Virus record (IMG/VR): IMGVR_UViG_3300045988_158973
Span: 36,524-100,523 of that record
Reading direction: 5' to 3' (one strand)
Origin: a virus
DNA: 64,000 nucleotides
Under the pieces are notes generated by a model. The model was not told the DNA's origin. It did no database searches and worked only from the letters and a program-made list of their open reading frames with translations. The translations under genes and the position numbers were made by a program. Below, one piece after another: positions 50,636 through 57,621 of this stretch (positions within the stretch are counted from its first letter, which is position 1; every line of letters begins with the position of its first letter).

Positions 50636-51542
50636 TTCTTTCTTGGTTTCATGCCATACCAAAATCCATCAGGGAGCGGAGCGCCCTTTGGGATAGTAGT
50701 GTTTATTTCGCCGTTAGTTATCCTAACTTTGCCTTGCATGGGATTCGTGTACCCGTGCTCGTATCTATCGCGTATTTTCTTACCAAAATCCCTGCGCCGT
50801 TCCTCGGGCCAACGGTTATTCCAGTTAGGGTTATTTTCACCATTATAACGACCTCTCATTTTAGCCGACAAGTTCGCTTTTTGTTCGGCTGTCCATCGGT
50901 TGCCGTAGTTTGGATTCTTTTCGCCTACATATCTGCCTTTCAAGGACTTCGAAATTCTTTCCTTGTAGTCAGTATTGTCCAAAGTAATTTGGCGTTTTTG
51001 GTGAATTCGCTTCATTAACTCTGGACGATTCTTGAACGTCTTTTTAAGCGACCTTGAAACCTTAACAGCGACCTCTGGAATCAACATCGGCGAACCGCTT
51101 CCAAACTGGTTAGCCGTACCCGGTAGGATGTTATATCCTATACCCTTTTCAGTAGAACGTAGCTTCTTGATGTAAAGCATCTCCCAAGCGTCGAGTTGTA
51201 GCTGGGTATCACACACGCGGAGCGTTTCACGTTTGAAATTCTCAGGGCCGTAATACCTAACAGCATTCGTCAAGGATACGCCGCTACCCAAATACCCATC
51301 AAACTCGTCTGTTTTGCAGTGGTGTTGGCCGATGTAAATCTTACCGTTGACGAGGTTCGTAGTTTTGTAAATTATACCTTGCATAAAGTCCGTAATTTAT
51401 CAATATCTATGTCCAGGTCTATATTTGATAAATCACAGTCTATGTCTATTTCTTTACCGTTTCGAAGAGGAATCTTGACATTTTCAGGTAATCTAAATTT
51501 ACCATATCCCTCTATTTCCAAATCCCAATACTTAGGAACGGT
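50594..51542 (-). mobile_element. ~950-nt insertion splitting dnaE (HEG cassette; free-standing HEG favoured over group I intron)
   Basis: It lies exactly between the codons for FERFLNETRV (ending at 51543) and DSMPDVDCDF (from 50593). Those residues are contiguous in unsplit Pol III alpha (FERFLNPERVSMPDFDVDF in E. coli). Confidence 0.7.
50632..51384 (-). CDS. GIY-YIG homing endonuclease with NUMOD3-type repeats
   Basis: GIIYKTTNLVNGKIYIGQ...YLGSG (GIY-YIG). Repeated GEKNPNYGNRWT and GENNPNWNNRWP modules. Visibly more AT-rich than the neighbouring genes. Confidence 0.85.
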   Translation of the reverse strand: MQGIIYKTTNLVNGKIYIGQHHCKTDEFDGYLGSGVSLTNAVRYYGPENFKRETLRVCDTQLQLDAWEMLYIKKLRSTEKGIGYNILPGTANQFGSGSPMLIPEVAVKVSRSLKKTFKNRPELMKRIHQKRQITLDNTDYKERISKSLKGRYVGEKNPNYGNRWTAEQKANLSAKMRGRYNGENNPNWNNRWPEERRRDFGKKIRDRYEHGYTNPMQGKVRITNGEINTTIPKGAPLPDGFWYGMKPRKK

Positions 51543-53075
51543 AACGCGCGTTTCATTCAAGAAACGTTCGAACATCAGGTGGTATTTCAGCGGGTCCACG
51601 TCCGTGATGTACAGGCAATACGCAATCAACGAACCGCACACTGAACCACGGCCCGATCCAGTCATGATACCTTGTTCGCGACACCAGTTCATGATATCCC
51701 AAAGGATCATGAAATAATCACACAACCCGTTAGGGACGATAATGGCACATTCCTTCTCCAACTCGTTTAGATAGCGATCAAGGTCATCGACCTTACCTAC
51801 CAGCCGTTCCTGAACGCCCGCTTCCAGTTTCTCAAAGAAAGCGTCTTCAACCGTAGTTTTTACAAACTCATATTTCGGAAGATGACGTATGCCGGTGGGT
51901 ATCTTAAAGTCAATACTGTCCGTCAACGTCGTGGAATTGGTCATTCCATCAATTATCTTTTCGTAAAGGGGCGCGGCTCCGTCCATCCACTCTTCGTAGG
52001 CTAAAATCGTCTCTTTTGAGTTTTTGAAGTATTGCGTCGCACTTTCAGCATTTACAACCCCTGCCACCTTATTCAACAACGACTTCAGAGGCGCTTCTTC
52101 AGCGTCCAAGTAGTACGAATCGTTGATGACCAACGGCAGCGCGTCACGGTATAGCTTCATCTTGCGGCACCGTAAGACGTAGGTGTCCAAGTTTTCGAGG
52201 TGGTCACGGAAAAGACTTTCCGACGCATATTCGACGGTATCGATCTGGTAATATACTCGATCGAACGCTGCATGGTATGCCGTCAGCAGGCGCTTACACC
52301 GATCTAAATCACCCTTGAAATAATTCAGTTCCGAATCCGACGGTATGACACACGCCAGTCCGTCGCCCAGTTTGTAAAGTTCTTCCGCAGGGATGAATCC
52401 TTGATAATCGACGTTGATGGCCTTATTTACCAACAACAAGTTACGCCATCCGGCGGCGTTCATGACGTATAGTTTCAGCGAGAACGTTTCCTGAATTTCC
52501 ACCGCCGGGTCGTAGTTACACGCCACCGTAATGGTCTCGCCGATGATAGGTTTAACACCTTTAGCCAAGCACGCAGTCTGGAAAGCCAGCGTTCCGGCCA
52601 GCGTGTTGCGGTCACATATACCCAACGCCGTCATACGGTTGAACCGAGCCTTCGTAGCCCACTCATCGCAATTCGAAGAGCCGTTCAAGAACTCGTACTC
52701 GCTGTGGACACCGAGGTGTACAAACGGCACCAGTTCTTCAGCCGTACTCGTACCAAGGTACTTGAAGTCGCGGAATTCAGGGCGAAATACCACGGTTTTA
52801 TCCAACCGCAGGTGATCCTTTTTGATGTTCGAGTAGTAGAACTTTCCACCAAACTCGAATAGGATATATTTTACAACGCCGTCATACAAGGCGTCAAATT
52901 CGTCGGCCGTTACCGCAAACGAGAAGCGTTCGTCGATTATCTTTCCCTTATCGTCGGGGTGTAGGTACAAAAAGTCCCCCACACCTTCAATTGAAATTAC
53001 GTTCAGTTCGTCGTCGCGCTTTTCTTCAATAGCCAAATAATTATCATCAGCCCAACGGCGTAGTGCGTCAGTCAT
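51372..53075 (-). CDS. dnaE: DNA polymerase III alpha (DnaE) N-terminal fragment: PHP domain and start of palm
   Basis: ALGICDRNTLAGTLAFQTACLAKGVKPIIGE (PHP) and GSGRGSVCGSLIAYCLYITDVDPLKYHLMFERFLNETR. A 56-aa non-homologous AT-rich tail follows before the stop. Confidence 0.8.
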   Translation of the reverse strand: MTDALRRWADDNYLAIEEKRDDELNVISIEGVGDFLYLHPDDKGKIIDERFSFAVTADEFDALYDGVVKYILFEFGGKFYYSNIKKDHLRLDKTVVFRPEFRDFKYLGTSTAEELVPFVHLGVHSEYEFLNGSSNCDEWATKARFNRMTALGICDRNTLAGTLAFQTACLAKGVKPIIGETITVACNYDPAVEIQETFSLKLYVMNAAGWRNLLLVNKAINVDYQGFIPAEELYKLGDGLACVIPSDSELNYFKGDLDRCKRLLTAYHAAFDRVYYQIDTVEYASESLFRDHLENLDTYVLRCRKMKLYRDALPLVINDSYYLDAEEAPLKSLLNKVAGVVNAESATQYFKNSKETILAYEEWMDGAAPLYEKIIDGMTNSTTLTDSIDFKIPTGIRHLPKYEFVKTTVEDAFFEKLEAGVQERLVGKVDDLDRYLNELEKECAIIVPNGLCDYFMILWDIMNWCREQGIMTGSGRGSVCGSLIAYCLYITDVDPLKYHLMFERFLNETRVTVPKYWDLEIEGYGKFRLPENVKIPLRNGKEIDIDCDLSNIDLDIDIDKLRTLCKV

Positions 53076-53076
53076 T

Positions 53077-54303
53077 TTACAACAATTTACTGGGTTCTGC
53101 GTTAGATAACCTTGCTTCGAAGAAGTTTCTCGCCAGCATCATGTAGTCCCACTTTTCGTCGGCTTCACAGCTGGTGTTGATAAGGCCTAACAGCCCGTGA
53201 CATTCGTTCAACAGCTGATCGCGGTCTTCGCCGAGACACGCATGGCGGTTACGCTTGTAAAAGACGTACAGTTTCAGCAACTCGTACACACCCCAAAAGT
53301 AAGTCGACTTCTCCAGCACATACTGCTCAAACCCCGCTTCGTCGTCGGGGTCAGTACCGTTAGTGTTACGATGAAGCAGCCGGGAGATCAGTTCGTCCAT
53401 GAAGGCCGTTATTTCACGCAAACGGTTTACCGCCACTTCAGATTCGAACTTGAAGTCCATCATATAGGCAACGCCGCCTTCGCGAACGTTGTAAATACTG
53501 CTCCGCGCTTCGTCAGCCATGAATAATTTCGCCATTTGTTCAGCGGTTTTATTCCACTCGTAGATGTGTAACGACTGCGAGTTATGGGTCTGAACACCCA
53601 ACTCAATTCCTAAACAAAGGGACATTATCTCCGTCAGGAACGAGAACTGAAAGATGTTCGTAGGAAGGCCCCAGTGGAGGTCATTCGAGCGATTCTGAAT
53701 AGTGGTAACGAGTTTGCCGTTGCGTATCTTGAGCATCACCATGTCGTTACAGGGCAAGTCTTTCGACTTCACGCCCAAATCGAAGCGGGGGTTCCAAATC
53801 GACATCACCACCTGTCGCGTTTCGGGATCAGCCGACAACAGCCGCACAGCCTCGCTCACCTGGTCAAAGCCGGGGTCCATCGACTCGCTCTCAGAAGCTA
53901 TTCCCCAATGACGCAAACGCCATCCATAAGGGGCGTGAAACGTTTCGCCATTGTCAGAAAAATCAGCCATCTTGCTGTTGAAGATCGTCAAAAATTCAAC
54001 ATCCTTGCGGCCTGTAGCTATCCACATGGCTTCAGCCAGCAGGAAGAATATATTGATGTTGCGGCCATACCCTCCCACACACCGACGGTACGGGTTGTTG
54101 ACGATGGTCTTAACGTCTAAAAGTTCACGAACGTTACCACCGCGCGAAGGGTTCAGCGGGAGATTATTCATCATCAATTTGTTGATGTAGGGATATACCT
54201 CCGCAAACGACCCCCATGTATCAGTAAACGCGACGCGTCTTTCGAAGTTAAAATCAAAGCGACTCAAGCCCACAGCGTCTTGGGAAATAGACTCTTGTTT
54301 CAT
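53077..54303 (-). CDS. thymidylate synthase-superfamily enzyme (ThyA homologue or dUMP hydroxymethylase) with ~130-aa C-terminal extension
   Basis: DLPCNDMVMLKIRNGKLVTTIQNRSNDLHWGLPTNIFQFSFL..SLHIYEWN aligns with E. coli [49 protein letters not shown]. The catalytic Cys and the dUMP-specifying Asn are present. The start is set to ATG 54303. Confidence 0.8.
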   Translation of the reverse strand: MKQESISQDAVGLSRFDFNFERRVAFTDTWGSFAEVYPYINKLMMNNLPLNPSRGGNVRELLDVKTIVNNPYRRCVGGYGRNINIFFLLAEAMWIATGRKDVEFLTIFNSKMADFSDNGETFHAPYGWRLRHWGIASESESMDPGFDQVSEAVRLLSADPETRQVVMSIWNPRFDLGVKSKDLPCNDMVMLKIRNGKLVTTIQNRSNDLHWGLPTNIFQFSFLTEIMSLCLGIELGVQTHNSQSLHIYEWNKTAEQMAKLFMADEARSSIYNVREGGVAYMMDFKFESEVAVNRLREITAFMDELISRLLHRNTNGTDPDDEAGFEQYVLEKSTYFWGVYELLKLYVFYKRNRHACLGEDRDQLLNECHGLLGLINTSCEADEKWDYMMLARNFFEARLSNAEPSKLL

Positions 54304-54330
54304 ATCTGGAATCAATTTTATACGCCCTTA

Positions 54331-54342
54331 ATAACGCTGGCG
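54331..54342 (-). promoter_or_regulatory. GCCAGCGTTAT motif copy (one mismatch)
   Basis: The minus strand reads GCGCCAGCGTTATTAAGG, 28 nt upstream of ATG 54303. Confidence 0.35.
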
Positions 54343-54353
54343 CGTGTGATACT

Positions 54354-54379
54354 AAAAACCCCAGCCACAAGGGCTGGGG
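54354..54379 (-). terminator. hairpin terminator after 54408 gene
   Basis: The minus strand reads CCCCAGCC-CTTGT-GGCTGGGG followed by TTTTTAG. Confidence 0.75.
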
Positions 54380-54407
54380 CGGGAAAGAAACTGACAATGA
54401 AAGGCGT

Positions 54408-55448
54408 CTATTTCTTGGCGGCTTTGGCTTTTTTAGCGGCAGCGGCTTTGGCCAGCGCAGCACGGGCCTTGGCTTTGGGGTCGTCGGCAGGTTCAGCCTT
54501 GGCGGGCGCCTTCTTCGGGGTGGGAGCAGCCTTCTTGCCGGTAGCCTTCAGGTCGGCCTCCATCTTCTCCCGGTTCTTGCCGAGGCGGTTGTCGGCAGTC
54601 GAAACGGCAGACTTGATGTCGGGGAGGTAGGTCTTGACGATCTCCATGGCCTCGCTCCACGCGATACCCTTAAGCCACGGCAGGTTGTTCCACGTCGGAA
54701 CGAAGTCCACGCCGTCGTCGGCCAGTTTGTCCTGCGAAGCCTGACTGCGGAACGTGTTCAGGACGACGTTGGTCGTGGCGAAGTCACCGTCCTTCGAGTA
54801 TACGTTCTCGAACATGATAGCCACGGGGTGCGAGTTGGCGCCGCCGAACTTGATCGAGATACCATGCGACACGGCAACGTACTGGAACTCCTTCTCAGGG
54901 AAGAACTTGCTCAGCGCCTTGCGGAGCAGATCGAGGTGCTCAGGGTTGGTCTGGGGCTTCAGGCGAATACCCTTGTCGTTGCGTTTGGACGGCTTCTTCT
55001 CGGCCTTCTTGGTCTTCTTGGCGGGCTTTTCAGCGGCCTCGGATTCCTTCTTGGCGGGAGCGGGTTTTTTCTTGGGGGCAGCAGCGGTCTTCTTCGGTTT
55101 GGGCGCCGGAGCCGCCTCGGTTTCAGACTCCTCTTCTTCGCTGGACTCCGATTCAGGTTCCTCGGCGGCGGCCTCCTCTTCTTCCTCGGCGGCCTCCTCA
55201 GCCAGTTCGTCAGCCTGCTTTTCGGCGGGAGTAGGTTCCTCGGCGGCGGCCTCGGATTCCTCACCTTCAAGTTCGGCGAACGACCCCACGATGTCAATCA
55301 GGTTGTCGAGCGTTTCCTCGTCCATACCGGGGATGCCGGCCTGCTCAAGGCGCTGGAGAAGAACCTCCTTTGCCTCTTCTTCGCTTTTGGCGACAATACC
55401 GAGTTTCTTCAGGCGCTCGGCGTTTACTTTCGAAATTTTAGTTGCCAT
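54408..55448 (-). CDS. low-complexity acidic / Lys-Ala-rich protein with histone H1-like tails (346 aa)
   Basis: An acidic block (EEAAEEEEEAAAEEPESESSEEEESE), then KPKKTAAAPKKKPAPAKK, a globular ~150-aa core, and the C-terminal KAKARAALAKAAAAKKAKAAKK. Confidence 0.6.
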   Translation of the reverse strand: MATKISKVNAERLKKLGIVAKSEEEAKEVLLQRLEQAGIPGMDEETLDNLIDIVGSFAELEGEESEAAAEEPTPAEKQADELAEEAAEEEEEAAAEEPESESSEEEESETEAAPAPKPKKTAAAPKKKPAPAKKESEAAEKPAKKTKKAEKKPSKRNDKGIRLKPQTNPEHLDLLRKALSKFFPEKEFQYVAVSHGISIKFGGANSHPVAIMFENVYSKDGDFATTNVVLNTFRSQASQDKLADDGVDFVPTWNNLPWLKGIAWSEAMEIVKTYLPDIKSAVSTADNRLGKNREKMEADLKATGKKAAPTPKKAPAKAEPADDPKAKARAALAKAAAAKKAKAAKK

Positions 55449-55484
55449 GATTCTTGTACGTTTTAGTGAAACAATTTGTATGAA

Positions 55485-56117
55485 TTATTCGTCGTTGAGT
55501 CGGTAGTAGTCATAACGTGTTGGCGTATAATATAACGCTGACTTGTGATTGGCCAACAAATAGGCCTGCTGATCGGCGATTATTTTATCAACGATTGCGC
55601 AAGCGTCAGTGAACATCATGTTGGGGTCGTAACCTTCAGCCGCAGCACGCGGTGTACGCAGCATACGCGCCATCATAGCCTTTCCGCGACCGCGAATATG
55701 AAGCGAAAATATAACACGCTTCAAGCCTTTGAGGTTGGCTAATACATCAACACCGTTGATAACAAAGCGATTGAGTTCCGGTTCAGTCGTAACAACATCT
55801 TCTATGCCACAATCGTAAGCCGTTTGATCGATACGCAGTTTGTGATTTTCCTTACGAATAGCCCTCATCAGGTCAGTACACTTATTCGAACAAGCGCACT
55901 CAACATAGTACCGCAACGGAACAGGCCGCGCTGCCGTACCTCGGCGATACGCCAACCAGCGGCGTCCGTATGCCTTTATAGAAGTGAAGATTTTGAGGCG
56001 AAATTCCTGTAACAGATCATCGCGTTCCAACGATAATTCCCCGTAAGAGTAGAGTTTGTTGGCGTATTTAACTGCCAAGAACTCTAATTCCTTGTAGGCT
56101 TTTTCAGACGCTTTCAT
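55485..56117 (-). CDS. sigma-70-family-like transcription factor (candidate)
   Basis: ERDDLLQEFRLKIFTSIKAYG looks like region 2.1-2.2. PLRYYVECACSNKCTDLMRAIRKE looks like region 2.3-2.4. LKGLKRVIFSLHIRGRGKAMMARML looks like a region 4 HTH. Pattern match by eye only. Confidence 0.4.
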   Translation of the reverse strand: MKASEKAYKELEFLAVKYANKLYSYGELSLERDDLLQEFRLKIFTSIKAYGRRWLAYRRGTAARPVPLRYYVECACSNKCTDLMRAIRKENHKLRIDQTAYDCGIEDVVTTEPELNRFVINGVDVLANLKGLKRVIFSLHIRGRGKAMMARMLRTPRAAAEGYDPNMMFTDACAIVDKIIADQQAYLLANHKSALYYTPTRYDYYRLNDE

Positions 56118-56129
56118 GCCGATTTTGTT

Positions 56130-56215
56130 TTACAATTTAAGATGTTTTTCATACATCCACAGCACGAAGGTAGGTGAAAATTTCCATTGTACAAAGAACT
56201 TTTCAAGAAATTTTC
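56130..56215 (-). promoter_or_regulatory. promoter cassette P5
   Basis: The minus strand reads GTTCTTTG-N19-TACCTTCG(56172..56165)-TGCTGTGG..AAAACAAAATCGGC ATG(56117). Confidence 0.5.
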
Positions 56216-56222
56216 AAAATTT

Positions 56223-56654
56223 TTACAACACTCGTATAACTTCACTCTTCGGTATGCCATCGGCGTAAACCTGAGTACGCTCGTTGTAAAGTGTAACGTA
56301 GTCACCCTTTACGGCGTCTAATTTCCATACTTCGCCTTGGTAGGAAAAATCGCTGTTCACTGAATAGTAGTTCGCCAAATCTTTAGCGTTTAACGCAAAC
56401 AACGGACGGTTCAGCGCGTCGAACAGTTCCGCACGCACATCACGCATTTTATCAGGCGAAGAAAATATAGAAGTTAACCTGTTACGGTTGGCGATGTCTT
56501 CGATCTTTTCGCGCTTGAACTCCATAACACGCGAAAAATAGCGCTTATCTTTGGGGGAGAAATATATCTTGCGCCTAAATTCAGCCATGAGGTATTCACG
56601 CTGAATAACATGAAAATATTCTGCCACCGAAAGGCTATGTGAATTATTGTTCAT
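56223..56654 (-). CDS. hypothetical protein (143 aa)
   Basis: Minus-strand ORF. Confidence 0.55.
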   Translation of the reverse strand: MNNNSHSLSVAEYFHVIQREYLMAEFRRKIYFSPKDKRYFSRVMEFKREKIEDIANRNRLTSIFSSPDKMRDVRAELFDALNRPLFALNAKDLANYYSVNSDFSYQGEVWKLDAVKGDYVTLYNERTQVYADGIPKSEVIRVL

Positions 56655-56658
56655 GGCT

Positions 56659-57621
56659 CTACCTTTTAAGTTTTCCTATTACGTTCCAAGCAAAATCGCG
56701 AGGACGCTGCAAGTGTTCAAAAACCTCCAGCGTTTCGGCTTCGTTACATTCGTCAATATCCTTCTTGGTCGTGAAAACTATATTTGTAGAAAAGTATTTG
56801 TCCAATTCGAATGCGTACTTTTTGATCTCCTTGATAGCGTCAAAGTCGTACAACAACACCACCGAGCGAACACCTTTAGACTGTAACATGGCGCGTTGAT
56901 AATCGCTTATCTTCTTTCCAAACGTGGCGCAGCACTTAACATCATCGCACTCGTCAAGCCTCAAGCGCCGATCAACAGCTATTTTATCAAACACCCCTTC
57001 AACCAATATCACCGTAGCGCCACGCGCTGTTATGTCGTCATACCCATACAACATCTTGGCGAAGTCTGCCCCCGTGTCGTTACGCCAACGCAAAGCCTCT
57101 GGCGGTACGCGCTTCGAAGCGTAACGCCCTTGAAAGGCTGTTATGACGCCGTTCGTAGTAACCGGAATCAGGATATAATCAGCATAGCGTTTTACAAGAT
57201 TAGTACGTCCAATGGCGTATCGTTTCATGACAGCTGGAGTAAGCCCGCGGTCGTGTTCGAGGTAACGGTCGTGAGAACACACTTTGTAGCCCACTGGCAT
57301 CTTCCGCGGCGGGAGGGCTTCCAGTTTAACGTCTTCGGCAGCAGCGACAGTCAAATCTCGTATTTTGGGTATTACATCGCGTTGTTCGATAGTGGCGCCG
57401 TCTAACAGATACAGTTTATCGAAATGCGACAACAGTTTATAGACCCCGCCCTCTTCCCAGCACTTCTTACACGAAAAGCGCAGCGTGGAAAGATTAACGT
57501 AGAAATGAGATTCTTTGCCACAAAAAGGACACGTGGTGATATACTCGGTACGGCGCGAATTGAAACGCCCATTAGTACCCAACAACTCGCGAACGTCTAT
57601 GCCCCACTTATTCGTCATCAT
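56659..57621 (-). CDS. dnaG: DnaG-type DNA primase (Zn finger + TOPRIM)
   Basis: CPFCGKESHFYVNLSTLRFSCKKC zinc finger, YLEHDRGLTP..ILIPV..GVITAFQGR, and TOPRIM VILVEGVFDKIA..VVLLYDFD. Confidence 0.85.
   Translation of the reverse strand: MMTNKWGIDVRELLGTNGRFNSRRTEYITTCPFCGKESHFYVNLSTLRFSCKKCWEEGGVYKLLSHFDKLYLLDGATIEQRDVIPKIRDLTVAAAEDVKLEALPPRKMPVGYKVCSHDRYLEHDRGLTPAVMKRYAIGRTNLVKRYADYILIPVTTNGVITAFQGRYASKRVPPEALRWRNDTGADFAKMLYGYDDITARGATVILVEGVFDKIAVDRRLRLDECDDVKCCATFGKKISDYQRAMLQSKGVRSVVLLYDFDAIKEIKKYAFELDKYFSTNIVFTTKKDIDECNEAETLEVFEHLQRPRDFAWNVIGKLKR

Noticed and set aside
50594-51542. Group I intron or split intein as the explanation for the dnaE interruption
   Set aside because: Intron: I see no internal guide sequence complementary to the exon end. 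Only ~40 nt follow the HEG, and the ATGA coupling of HEG and C fragment argues for separate translation. Still, it is not excluded without RNA data.

Split intein: the N-fragment tail does not begin with Cys or Ser. The two extensions (56 and ~15 aa) are too short and lack intein blocks.
56114-56305. 63-aa minus-strand ORF between the 56223 gene and the sigma-like gene
   Set aside because: It lies entirely across promoter cassette P5 and its leader. It is Cys/Asn-rich and has no coding-like composition.
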